Source: Schizochytrium sp. TIO01
Lineage: Eukaryota > Protista > Bigyra: Labyrinthulomycetes
Assembly: GCA_004764695.1 (NCBI GenBank)
Contig: SMSO01000035.1
Span: 2,170,001-2,234,000, forward strand
Direction: 5' to 3'
Length of the DNA: 64,000 bases
Notes under the pieces: model-generated
What the model was told of the DNA's origin: nothing
Databases searched by the model: none
Seen by the model: the letters and a program-made list of their open reading frames with translations, nothing else
Part shown: positions 1 through 12,956 of the stretch, one piece after another
Layout: every line of letters begins with the position of its first letter
Numbering within the stretch: position 1 is the first letter of the stretch
Program-made: the position numbers and the translations under genes

Positions 1-752
1 TAGAGCAAGGCTCGCTAACACCTCATTTTGATTTGATTGCAATTCAAAGGTCCTGGAATCTCTGCGCAAGACTCAGACGATTTTGCCTATAACCACACAA
101 TTGTAAAATCATTTGATGTAAAGATTGAATTGTGTTCTCGTATGACCGGGGTCATATTGACATATTGAATTGTCATGAGGTCATCTTGCTGCGATGGCTT
201 GCAACTTGAGAGCACAACATCATTCTCGTTCCTTTTTACGTAATCTACTCGCTAGTAAGAAGGAAAAAGATAAGCATTATTCATTTATTCAACTATTCAA
301 CTATTCAACTAATTAGATTTGTCTTACCATGATTCATGCTCTTATTAATGGATACATTCGTATCTTCACAAGCTTGTGTAAAATATAAGCAGTTCCCCAA
401 TGGGTTTGCAATATGTCTTTTAGTGGACAGAGAGGGTTTAGACTAACCTGTTTGAAGCACCAGCTTTGGTTAATTAAAAAATCAACATAATTAGAATCAT
501 ATCATTGAAATACTTGTGGTTCTTCTATGTTACCTAGTTGCCTGAGTTGCATTCATTTGATTCCTTGATCAAACGACGGCTACTAAACTTCAGAGAACAG
601 TTTACTCCCCGGTCAGATGATTTTCTTGAACTAAACTTTCTCTGTTGGCGGTGACTATACTTTTATATTATCAATACCGAGGGCTTACTCAAAAAGACTT
701 AGTGTAGCTATGTTCTTTTCATTCAACATCTTCCATACATGGCAGTTCTTGT

Positions 753-782
<30 letters not shown>
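753..782. repeat. (CAG)10 microsatellite
   Basis: Ten perfect CAG units read directly; not inside a supported ORF. Confidence 0.95.
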
Positions 783-783
<1 letters not shown>

Positions 784-3700
784 GACAATAAAAAGGCTTA
801 ATTATTTACTGAGGTTAATTTCATAATATCACCGTTTACTATACTAAAATCAATACCAAGCGAGGCATTCCAATCAACTAGAGCTGCTGGGTGGATCATG
901 AGTACTTGAAGGAGAGACGAAAGGTGAAGAAAGGTTTCGTATAGTTAAACTTTTAAAACAATATGAAGATTTAGGAGTGTACCGACTTTTGAAGAAATGA
1001 ACTCCAAGGAGGGTTATTTGATTTACATTTAGTCGATTTAGACAAATATATTCTGTGTATAACAAATGGTAAAAGACTACGTAAAGTCCATCTCCTCAAC
1101 TATTGTTTGGGAATCATCACACATTAAATTGAACGCTAAGGTATTTGAACCTTCAATTTCCATCACTTGTTTTGTCGCTTACATACATAGTTGGGCGCAC
1201 AGTTCTTGTCGTCAATTCTACAACCTAATCTTTGAATTCTAGCAAGGGTATATCAAAGGACCCTGGACATGTCTTACCAACATAATTCTTCGATTGATGA
1301 TCTCAAAAACTTGCCTGTACTACTTTCTCCAACTTTATATGTATATTGGTTAGAAATCACAGTTGAATTTCCCCAATTTGGAGGGTAAGAATCAACAGGA
1401 AAGTTTTTTATACCGGTTGATGCTGTTGAGACTCTCAGAGATCTTGATTTTGGCAACCAATTGAATTTTTTCGAAGACTCTTGCTCGTTTAATGAGCAAA
1501 GAGTATTGTTCAATCTACATTTTAGCCATAATATACTTATGCATCAGGTGCTTGATCTTCCTCAAGACAGATTGGATGGTACCCCTTCTTGATAAGGTTG
1601 TTAGTTATAAATAATCCTAGTTATCGTATACTTGATTCTAGATGAAGATGTGATTTGAACAATCATTTACTTCAAATATTTCAATTGTAAAACTATGACT
1701 AGATTCGTGGAGTATGGAAGGTTTTTGTTCTGCAAAGATCGACCGTCCTTTTCAGACTTCTGTTTCGAATTGGTACTGGCTATATTATGTCTACCAAGTT
1801 TAACGTAGGTTTGTACAATCAAGTGGTGGTGGTTAGCACTTAACCCAGGAAATAATATCATATTTGACTCTCAATATATCCGCATAGTATCAAGTTCACG
1901 TCTCTGTGAAAACTACTAACAAGGCTGACATTGTCGAAATTTGATGACATGCTAAACTACTCTGTTTTGATGAAGGAGATATCCAAATGGAAAACGGCCT
2001 CTTAAAGGTTGCATTAACCATTTCCTTGGTAAACAGATTTTAATGACTAATGAAGCCCCGTGATAGTTATATCATCAAAGGCTCATAAAGTATCTGTGCT
2101 CATATTTTGATTGATCTGCAAAAATAGCAGTAGCAAATCCAAATGAGAAAAGCCCCACCCTGATCAAACACGTAGTAGCCTAGTTGCTATTCACAGTCGT
2201 AGTAGTCCATGATATATGTAATCCACATGGAGGGCCTGGATGGGAATGGACTGGGGCAACCAGGACCACATGGTTAGCCAATTCCCACAGTGGAGAGTGT
2301 TTCGTCGGGCTTTCTCGGCTACCTAACAATACATTACTTAAAATTCTGCGCTGCGGGAATCGACCATCAATATTAGTTCTTATTTATAACTTCCAGGATT
2401 TGTTTATTTTAGGTACCTCACCTCCCACAGCTCCGTTCAATGTGGAACTGCTGAACACTTTAAGATCGTATATTCTCCCATTCTACCCTTCTGGAAAAGT
2501 TACTGAAAACAATAAGGGTAACCCAACAAAAATTTCCGGGGTAAGACAACGGCTTAAACAAGGAATTAATTCCCAGTAATCGTGTAATAGGTATTAATAC
2601 TCATTGCATAATCTCTTTTTCACGTCGCGAAGAATGGGAGAACCATACTAAGAAAGATCATTCGATGCTAAGTTAAGAGAAGCACATTCAAAAACATCAG
2701 CATAACTAAAGTTGATCAACTGTATAACTACTCTTCTTCTTATGCAAAGTTTTAGAAGTCAAATAGCTACCTAGCCTCTTCAAATAGTGAACAGAACGAA
2801 ATATGTACTGTATAAAGGGTAGTAGTAGGCTAGGTCCCCATTAAGCGAAACACATATATTCATTTTTATTAATTAAAAAAAAAACTTTTATCTGATAATA
2901 ACAATAATGAACAACGAATAAAAAACTTGCTTGCCTGCTTACTTGCGCTTTATTCTTTCTTTCTATTTTCGATTATACTGCACTACAGGATTATTATGGC
3001 GGGTAACAACCCAAGCCTAGCTCTACTGTTATTATGCGATTTGATCATTCAGTACTTTAATTATCATAAATATATATAATTTATTACCATACCATACCAT
3101 ATATTGTTGATAACAGAACTAAATAATAAAATTGAAATACATTCAGTTATGGAGTAGTACAGACAACCAACCACCTTCATTGATTTAGTGCTTTCTTTGA
3201 AAACCTTCTTCTAAGTTTAAATTAAAATGATTAAAAAATGTTATTTTAAAACATATTCTTTTAAAAAATCTGCAGAGGACTTTTGGACCAGTTTGGCTAC
3301 CGGCACAGATTTCTGTAGTGCGGCAATTTCGCAACCTCTACTATTCCCTACCGACCTGTCTAATTCCCCTCCCAAAGCAGAACAAGGGATCCCATGGGAT
3401 CGAAGATGTGATTGAATGGCAGTCAATGTACAAACAATTTACAAACAGGTGACTGAGCCGCCAATTTCTAGTTTCGTGTCGAGGATTTTGATGGTGTTTG
3501 ACGAATGGAATTCATTCAAAGCGGCCAAATCTGCGGCCGTTGCAGCTGAGCAGGGCCAGCCTGAAAACCTGCCACGAGATTACCTGCACAGGCTGTAACT
3601 GCTCACGCCGCAGCGAGTGAATTGCAAATCAGCGGTAGGCTGGCTCGCCCAACCTTGGACATCAGAGCTCGAAGGGATGCGCATTTTGACCGACCGCCTG

Positions 3701-4613
3701 AGCGGCAGATGAAATCGTGCGCGGCATTTCGAATTTGCCCCAGAAAGGCACCCATAAAGCTACTGCAGACCAAGCCAATTCGCGCGTCGCTATGGTGAAT
3801 TTGCAAGTTTATTTGCCTTCCCACGATTTGTATAACTTAAGAGCAGATTGATTTGAAATGACATTGGCTCGGGATGGACTAATCTGCGGTGCTCGCCTCT
3901 GCGGAGATCGACCTCAGCCAACGGAAGGGACCTCTCCACCGCCTTCACGCTAAGCTCTCTGATATCAGGAGACCTGAGGCCGCCATGGCGAAGCCGTTCG
4001 TTTTCTCTCTGAGCCTTAAAGGCGCTTGCACATCAGGCGCTCAAAATGGCGTTTGGTACCGATTCTGCCGTGCGTCAATATATGGCACAGCTCATCGAAG
4101 TCTGAAGACCGCTTCGAAAGCGGGAAAGCAGATGAAAGCAGCATCCTTTAAGGTCGAACTTGAACCAAACCGCACAGGTAATGCGACATCAAACCCATCT
4201 TCAATCTTGGACTCTTCGCACCGCCATTGGGTGAAGTCGCCCGGCTTTCGAGGAAATGTGACCACAGACGAAGCACTTGGAAAGTACGGGCCGGAGCCTT
4301 TCAGGCCGCAGGCTGAGGCGAATGATTACAACGCTTTTGTAAAATGGCAATACTTCGTCAACTTGGGAGAGATGAGCTGCAGTACTCTTGAACCTTGAAT
4401 TGGGATGTGTTCAAATTGCTTTTAATAACAGTATCTTTTCTCGAGTCGACCAAACAAACACAGACGCTTGAGGAGGCGACATATTCGAATGGGCGAGTTA
4501 GCCCCATATCTTTTGTTAGTGCTTGCAAGGCGGATAACCCTTTTCATCACCAAAAACAAAAACATATGGATATAAATTAAGAGAGAGTGGGGGAATAGAG
4601 AATATGCAAAAAC

Positions 4614-4890
4614 AAAATAAAATAAAATAAAATAAAATAAAATAAAATAAAATAAAATAAAATAAAATAAAATAAAATAAAATAAAATAAAATAAAATAA
4701 AATAAAATAAAATAAAATAAAATAAAATAAAATAAAATAAAATAAAATAAAATAAAATAAAATAAAATAAAATAAAATAAAATAAAATAAAATAAAATAA
4801 AATAAAATAAAATAAAATAAAATAAAATAAAATAAAATAAAATAAAATAAAATAAAATAAAATAAAATAAAATAAAATAAAATAAATAAA
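4614..4890. repeat. (AAAAT)n pentanucleotide array, ~55 copies
   Basis: AAAAT units are uninterrupted over ~275 bp and degenerate only in the last units. Confidence 0.98.
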
Positions 4891-7815
4891 TTGGATGAGT
4901 AGGGTAAACTTAAGGTTTGTGTAAACAGATGTGTTGAAAGAGAGTTTAAAGAATAGTCCTTATATTTATTGATAGCTAGGTGGATAGGTGCCTAGTGCGA
5001 GGTTAAAGCTCGTTTCACCATAGCGTGCTGAATTCTAGTTTTAAATAACGGAAATAAGAAAGAATCTACTACTGCAGCAGCCTTGGGGTCAACGGCTCAT
5101 CTGAATCTCTGTAGGACCCACCATGGCGGTAACATTCAAGTCATGCAAAGTATTTGATATTTGATGGTAAAGCGACGGGAGCACTTGCATTGGCTTTATA
5201 CAGACTTGAAGGGCATTGTATGCAAGCCTATAACGCGCCTTGCGTATGTATGCTCAACATTGCAACTCGCTTTCCTTTGAAGTGCTTCCTCCGATGTCAT
5301 CACAAAAGAAAAGAAAAGAAAACAAAAGAACCCACCTCTGCCACCAGTCTTTCTTACTTTCTTACTTTCTTACCTTCCTTCAGAAACCTCTAGCTAGAAA
5401 AGAAAAAGAAAGCCAGGAGTGCCAGAGAATGCCGAAGTAACTACTACATATATGAGCACATTTTACTACAACTCTATCTATTATTGAATGTATTTCTTTC
5501 AAGGCTAACCTTTGGAGCAGCATGAAGAAGAAAAAGAAAAAAAGTTGTGTGAAGAGTTCTTCAAAAGTTATACCTACTTTACTTTTTTTTTCTTCTCAAA
5601 GTTTCAAAGTTTGGTTTAATTAAGAATAATAAATAATAATAATTATTATCATAGAAAGGGGCTTAAAACATTTATTGAGAGCATGCTTTGGGAGCTCGGC
5701 TGATATTCCTTGGGGCCACAGGCTACGCATCTTATATTATGAGTAAACACGATGGTAGGGTCATAGACTTATCTGCATCAATGATATGGCTCCGGTAAAA
5801 AGATCGAAGCTTTTCAGCATGAAGCTATGGGATGTCATGAGTTTGTTGTGTATCCCAAACCTTGACCTCGCAATTTTTGGGCTAAAGCTGCGAGACCTAA
5901 TTACTTCCAGAAAGAAGCCAAGTTGTGTTTCTCGCTTCTTTCAGTTTCAATTAGTATTAGTTACGGATTAGGTAGACTTATTCATGTATAGTATAGTACT
6001 ATTAGGTACAGTCGAAATAAAATTTCGCACTTTGAAAGAGAGTTTAAAGCATCTAGTACGTGATATTTTTATTTTAGATCTTTTATAAATAAAAACTCTC
6101 CCCAAATGATTTCTGGGTCGGTTTTTGAAGTGCTCCGCTTTTCTTTTTTTCTCTGTTTTGTTTACGAGGAAAAACGTCAGATTTATACTTTGTGGCTCAT
6201 TTTAAACTATCATCCTCAAAGTACGCACTGGCGCTGATACATAAATCCCAGAGTTTTAGAAAATTTAGTTTTCTTAACTATTGAAGAATAAATATAGCAT
6301 CATTTAAAGGGCGCCGTAGATGAGGGAGACGCATTTTGAAAGTATCTGGGTTTCGCAAAAAACACTAACTCGCCGAAAAGATGATGAGCTGCATATTTAA
6401 AATGGCGTAGAATGAAATCTCGTGTTTTAATTCAATGAAAATTATCTGTATTTAGTAGAGAAAAAGAGAACGTCGGAATGCAATATGTTGGGAAGAGAAA
6501 TGCGACATGCTGCACAGACAAAAACAACAAATAAAAAAACAGTGGTGCTCACATTAGAGTATTTCTTTCTTTCCCTACTTTCTCGCATTGTTTTTTAGTA
6601 AATATTGCATATTATAATTCTGAATCACTCCATCCGTCTCGTGCATTAGAGAACCCCATTTTGATTATTAGAATCTTAGTTCAACTCAAGCCATGGTACA
6701 AGAAGATCCTTGCACAATAAACTACTGTCCCCATTTACTTTGAAGTTGATTCATTGAAAAGTATCTAATCATTAAAAAGTACCTAACCAAGACGTAATAT
6801 GCCTTCTCCATAAATAAAGTTTGTGGAGAACACTAGTTAATAAAAAGGTTCCACTGGCAAGGATCTGGAATTGCGACCAGGTTCGATTTGATCATACAAT
6901 GTTAAACTCAACATCAAGTGCTTCCTTCTTGAAACTTTGGAAATAAGTGGATAGAAAAAGTAAATATAACATACAGCTCTCGAAGTGGCCGAAGTTGTTG
7001 GTATTCAAATTAAGAAATAAAATTAAAAAATGAATCAAGTTATGCACCATACATGTACTGGTTTGGTCCAGGCTTCAAGGCGTCTGCTTCATTTTACTCA
7101 CAACCATTTTACCTATAACTAAAGCATTACGATTTGTATATATACTTTTTAAACATTTGAAGACCGAATATCATCTTTAACTTCATAAATGAGTCCTTAA
7201 AAGCATGGTGGTGGGTTTATCATCCCAGGAATTGAGCATATATGTATGTATCAGTTGACGAGCTTCCTTATTGAATAAATTCTACAGTGAATTATCTTCT
7301 CTCGCTACCGCGACTCAGTTAGTGCTTGCTCTTTTTCTTTTGACGCTGCCCCATCTTTGCAAGTACTTCCACACAATCTAGCACTGTTGAAAGTATTGTG
7401 AACAAATTACCGTGCCTTCCGATGGCTGACACCACTTCATGGTGTAATTTACGATCTTCTGGGGTTGTGCTAAAACGTCTATGGGGACTGAGCAAAGAAC
7501 GCCCCGGAAAGAGTCCCGGTCTTCATTCTTTTTTACCTCTTAATTTTCATTCATGTGCTAGCTTTCCAAATAATAAACAGTTTGATGCTGCTATACAGCA
7601 TTATTATATTTTAAATTATTATTTTATGCTACATGAAAAGACTATCTAGGCCTTTACGGTACATAGCAGCAATCTTTTTACTTTTCTTTTCTTTTCTTTT
7701 CTTAAAAAAATAAATAGAAGTACACTATGCCATAGTAACACATATAGATTTGTCTGATTTTAAACATGTATATGTATAAATAATAGTTCATAATAACTTC
7801 TCAGAGAAGCTCCAA

Positions 7816-7846
7816 ACTGACAGACTGACAGACTGACTGACTGACA
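7816..7846. repeat. (GACT/GACA)n tetranucleotide repeat
   Basis: actgacagactgacagactgactgactgaca. Confidence 0.85.
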
Positions 7847-8854
7847 AACTGTGTTTTCCTCGGTCGTGATAATGTGTTTTTTTAGTTTTCAGGTCTTTTT
7901 AAAAGGCGGTTGATGATGTCAGCATCCATCAAGCGAGGCACTACACTATGCCATACGGTTCGAAGAGTCTTGCGGCAGCTAGTTTGACGAAAGGACTCAG
8001 CCACGGTCGTGTATCGCAACGGCCGACTTCGACTCTTGCCTCTCGTAAGATCCCGAGAAACCGGTGCGTGGTCGGTTTCCAAACCCTTGCTCAGAAAACC
8101 TGGAAACTAGCTCAACCAGACAGTTAGTTCTTTCTTTCTCTTTGGCCGATCTACCCACGGATGCTGCTGTAAAATTGGTGGAAATTTGCGTTGCGCAACA
8201 TTCAGGCCGGCGGAGTGAGACAGATTATGATAGGCGCGCACCAGAGCATGGCGCACCTTTTGCTCCTTAGTGATGATGCATGGATCAGCGTTTCCTAGCT
8301 AGGCTCGCTTCTCTAGCCCAAGGCGAAGTCGCCAATCACGCTTATTGTAGAACGAGCCATTCCGAGACCCTATCGGCTCCAAAGGAGCTTCAAGAAGGTG
8401 GCTCTCTAGCTGCAGTGATGTGCTTCAACGAGAAGAGGGAGGTATTGCGTTGTTATCCCCTCAGATGTCAAGTTCTAGGCTGTGAGACCCTCAGAGTCCC
8501 TTTTCGCAAAGTACATAACAGCGACCCCAACTTGAATGGCTTCAAATGTGCTCACTCACATTCTCTTTCTAGCAGGTTCTTGCGAAGCAACGCACCGACG
8601 AGCTAATACCTGCGTACTAGGTACTCCAAATCAAATATGTGTTCTAAACACTGGCAAGTCCGTCTGTCTGACGAAGGGGCACGTACGGCTCTGGAGCCCG
8701 GACCAACCAAAATACATATTACTACCTACGGCATGCCGATTCTACCCATTGTCTGAGTCTACCCATTCTCAGATTCTACCCATTCTCGCCAGGCCCAGCT
8801 TCCGGGTCCTCAAACTCGAGGAAGAGAGTGGCTGCCAAGACGCACCACCTGAGT

Positions 8855-8886
8855 AGGCAGGCAGGCAGGCAGGCAGGAGGCAGGCA
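8855..8886. repeat. (AGGC)n microsatellite
   Basis: Tandem AGGC units with one interruption. Confidence 0.9.
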
Positions 8887-9021
8887 AGTTTGTAGGCCAA
8901 AGTCAATCTCTTTCGTAATCGTGCGTGGATCGATCTCCGAGTTTGGCTGGGCCGTCAATCGGTGTGGCGACTGCCTCACACAGAATCTCACGCTTAAATG
9001 CGTGAATAAACAAATAAACAT

Positions 9022-9088
9022 ATGAATGAATGAATGAATGAATGAGTGAATGAATGAATGAGTGAATGAATGAATGAATGAATGAATG
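9022..9088. repeat. (ATGA)n microsatellite
   Basis: About 16 ATGA units with two GTGA variants. Confidence 0.95.
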
Positions 9089-9132
9089 CGTACACGCTCG
9101 CTTGCTATTGCGTGTCTCATAATCACGTTCAC

Positions 9133-9144
9133 CCAGCCAGCCAA

Positions 9145-9181
<37 letters not shown>

Positions 9182-9204
9182 TAGCCAGCCAGCCAGCCAG
9201 TCAG
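9133..9204. repeat. (CCAG)n microsatellite
   Basis: About 18 CCAG units with few variants. Confidence 0.95.
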
Positions 9205-10128
9205 CTGACCAATCAGCTTTCTTGCTTGCTATGTGCTAGGCCTCTGAGTCTTCAAGTTCGAGTCTTCAAGGTGGATTGGTTGTTTGAGTGTTTGGCTGGC
9301 TAGTGAGGAACCACAGAAATATGCACATCTCCATGCACGAATTTTTGCATTTGCATTTCTCTTGTTTGCATATCTGAGGTCGCCTGTCAGTCTCGCTGTA
9401 ATTCTGGTTCCCTTGGGTGGAGGATGCCGATTTGGTGGTGGCGCCGGTGATGGCAGCGGCGAGGGCTGGGGCCAAGGAGGCTTTGTTTGCAGCTCAGGAA
9501 AGAGGAGGCGCTCTGGTTGATGTGTCAAATGTGCTACGAGTAGATTTCACCATAATTCTTCAGAAAAGTGTTAGGTAAATAGCTAGCTGTCTGGATAGTA
9601 GAATCTCTTCTCTTCACACGCACAGCATTTGCTGAGCCTACCGTTCCTAGGTACGTATAGCTAGCTATTTACATACCTACCTTCGAAGCAAAGAAGGAAG
9701 GTAGTTTGTATGAGTTTGTGTCCTCTCAATGACAGCACCTTCGACTACGTATAAAACTAAGTTCTTTGTTTACTCTTGAAGATGTGTCTGAAAGCGTCTG
9801 AGAGCATTCATTACATGCCCACATGAATGACGTAAAGCACCGAAAGTTCAAGGCGGTAATAGCAGTAAATGAGGGTTCTTTGTCTCGTACCGAAGGGGTG
9901 AATCTATGCTTCAACAGGCCTACTAACCGCGCTACTTGCTTGATAGGAAGGGTCACTGAGCAGACCTATCGTAGTCCCTATCTACCTACGTACAGTTCAA
10001 TTGTAATAATATTTCTCAAACCTCAATCATTATTTTCTCGTTTAAAAAACTAATAAAGATATATATATATATAAGAACGTTTTACTTTGACAAAAGACTC
10101 AGAATTGATTTATAATCCATTTTACTAG

Positions 10129-10151
10129 AAAAAAAAAAAAAAAAAAAAAAA
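10129..10151. repeat. poly(A) tract (A23)
   Basis: Read directly. Confidence 0.9.
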
Positions 10152-10517
10152 GTAATTCTTAATCAGGTAAATAAACAAATACACTACCATAGTAACCGTA
10201 TAAGCTAGTTCGTGGCTCTCTGAAGAAGTTCACAGAGCAGGTACCTAGAACCAGCGGTCGTCAATTCTTCCTCTTCAGAAGCTGCCTGGGTGCTTTCGCT
10301 CCTTCCTCCTGGGCAAAGATACTTACATTCTCTGCGTTAGGCTCGTCTCGCTTCAGCCAACGAAGCCGCCATCAACCACCGCACATTCAAGATGCGCTAG
10401 ATCGTTCGATTTCCGCACACATTGCTGTATTGCTTTAATTCTTCGTGCACCGACAGTCCAGAGAGCGCAACCAATGCCTCCGCGCAAGCTGACTTACCGC
10501 TGCTGATCATGATGAAT

Positions 10518-10622
10518 TTGATTTTGATTTTGGTGTTGATGTTGATGTTGATGTTGATGTTGATGTTGATGTTGATGTTGATGTTGATGTCGATGTCGAT
10601 GTCGATGTGGATGTCGATGATG
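10518..10622. repeat. (TTGATG)n hexanucleotide array with ordered variants
   Basis: TTGATT, TTGATT, TTGGTG, a run of TTGATG, then TCGATG x3, TGGATG, TCGATG. Confidence 0.9.
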
Positions 10623-10942
10623 TTTTTGTTGATAAGTCCAGCGATGTCTTCACCAGCCCCAGCCCCTCTCAAGGCGGACCGTGGCAATGGCCAACAGCGG
10701 CGATCTCGTGAACTGTGCGAATGGGCGAAGTGAACCCATTATGGACGTAGTAAGCTCTGGAGAAAAGAGAAGGTACTTAGTCAGGCACTTAGCTATCTAA
10801 GCCATCTGTCCATTGATCTCTCTCCCTCTCTTTCTCTCCTCTGTCTCCCTGTGCGTATGTGTTTTGGGTGTGTGTTTGTGTCTGTCTTCCATTGCAATTG
10901 GCGACCTCCGCTGTAAAGCTCTGCCCAAACACATGTGAAGCA

Positions 10943-10978
<36 letters not shown>
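10943..10978. repeat. (AAGC)9 microsatellite
   Basis: Read directly. Confidence 0.95.
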
Positions 10979-12956
10979 TCTCTGGAAATCGAAGAGAGGC
11001 TTTCGCCACACCCGGCAGAGCGCCAGCTTCAAGCAGGCTTTGCCAGGAGGCTTTCGAAACCAGAAAAGCTGAATGAGTGGAATGACTGAATGGGCGATTG
11101 GAATGAGGTGAAATCAGACGAAATTAGATGAAATTAGATGAGATGAAAACTTAAGCAGAATGATTTCCATCAATTCGAAGGGGAACCCGCATGCTCAGCT
11201 TAGAGGGTCAGATATGAACTCCATGGTCGCCTGTCAGTTCGTTGCTGGCGAATGAAGGAACTTGAAGAGAATGAGGAAGAAGGGCGAAAGAAAGAGAGAG
11301 AAACAGAGAGAACGGCCATCGAAGTTGACACCCGTCGCAGTTCTGCCGACGAAAGAACCACTAACTTCGAGGCTACTTGGGAGGTCTGTCTTATGGGCGG
11401 TCTCTGTGAGCACCTGTGAGGCCTTCCCCTCTATTATTGTGGCGGTGGAGGCCAATCACTCGTTTGTCCTATACGTCTCCGTCTGTTTAGCGTGGATGAA
11501 CCTGAACGCGGCGCTTTGAATGTGCTGCTTTCTCATAGGCCTCTTCGCCCTCTTTTCCAGTTTTTTAATTGTTCTTGTTGAAAGTAAGATTTTTATTTTT
11601 TATTTAAACTTTATTATTTTAAATTAAATAAATAAATATAAATATATAATATAATATAATATGATGGAAAATGAAAAACACTTGTTCCCTGTAGGTGCGT
11701 CTATTCAGCTAAATAGTGAAGGGAAACGCGGTTTCCTTCCTCTCCCTCCTTTTCATTCCACTGAATGTTTGCTTCTTAGTTTAAATCCATCTCATTCTCG
11801 TCTTCGCTCTTCTTCTCCTGTCTTTTCTTTTCAAAGAAATGAATGTGAGTTTTTCAACAATAAGGAGTACGTTCTACTTCTCTGCTGTGAAAGGAAGAGG
11901 CGATGTCTTGGGTTTTTGCAGCTGTAAGCTCCTCAGGCTTGGCTTGCCATTTCCCATCTGATTGGAGATCTTTAGATTCGGGGCCCTTTGCGCACCCCTG
12001 TGCGGCTCGATCGCTCGCTCAGTCTCCGGCTTTTGACTCTTCTTCGGCCCGTTTTGGTTCTTCGAATATTGTATTCTGATCGGAGTCTTTTATTACTTCT
12101 GCAGAATAATCATGGTTTATTTATTTTATGATGATAATTTGTTTTTGATTAAAACAGATAATAAAAGGAGTATTTATAACTTCGCTCGCTCGATACACTA
12201 TATACTCATCAGTACGATATATGAAGACGCAAGTGAGATGTAGGACCGATGTATAAAAAGGGGAACAGCGAAACAATGAACCTTCAGAAAGCGAAGGATT
12301 GAGGGACCTTCTCGTTCTCTTCAGGGAAAGGAGGATCAGAAGAGCTGACCCTCTGTTTCTTGCCTCCCTTCTCTCTTTTCTGTCAAAGTTTTAATTCGGA
12401 GCCTAAGTATTTTTATTTTTATTTTTATTTAAATAAACTGTTTATTTGTTATTTATTTATTTTACTTTTAAAACTAAAGTAAAGTTTTAACTTTTATGTT
12501 TATTATTTCTCGCCACGCGCGAGGCGGAGCAAAGCCCAAACTCGGACGAGGCCGAGGCCGCTTCGGTTGGCGAAGCAACTCCGCGAAGGCTCGTGCTGCA
12601 GCACAGAGCGCTGGCGAACCTGCAAAGGACACAGCGCAGCAAAGAGCAGCGACCACAGCGACCAACTCTGCAGCTGCGTGCTGACTGGGCGCGGTGCTTG
12701 CGCTGGAAACGAGCAAAACGAGACTGCCGTGAGCGAGTGCGAAGACATCGTTGCTAGAAGTACATTACGCTAAACAATAAGAGGCAGAAGAGACTGGCCG
12801 AGTGACTGCGAAGAGGCGGCCATTGAGGACGACGACTTACCTAAGGCTCTGTCAGAGTGCCGGAGAGCGTAGAAAACGGGCGCCATAATTGGAGAACATT
12901 GCGCAGCAATTTTCTTGACGCGAGGAGAGCAAGTTTGACCTCGATTTTGGGGAGTG

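Noticed and set aside
4614-4890. AAAAT array as telomere or CRISPR
   Set aside because: It is internal, is not a TTAGGG-like repeat, and has no spacers.
6130-6480. Possible MITE with CT-rich/GA-rich inverted ends
   Set aside because: The match is limited to low-complexity pyrimidine/purine tracts; no clean TIR or TSD.
8776-11089. ORFs with repetitive peptides (HSFI, ASQP, LM/IN, ACLL/ASKQ)
   Set aside because: Open frames created by microsatellites; no independent coding evidence.
9378-11238. 14-bp repeat GGTCGCCTGTCAGT at 9378 and 11225
   Set aside because: Several 14-mer matches are expected by chance in 64 kb, and the flanks do not extend the match.
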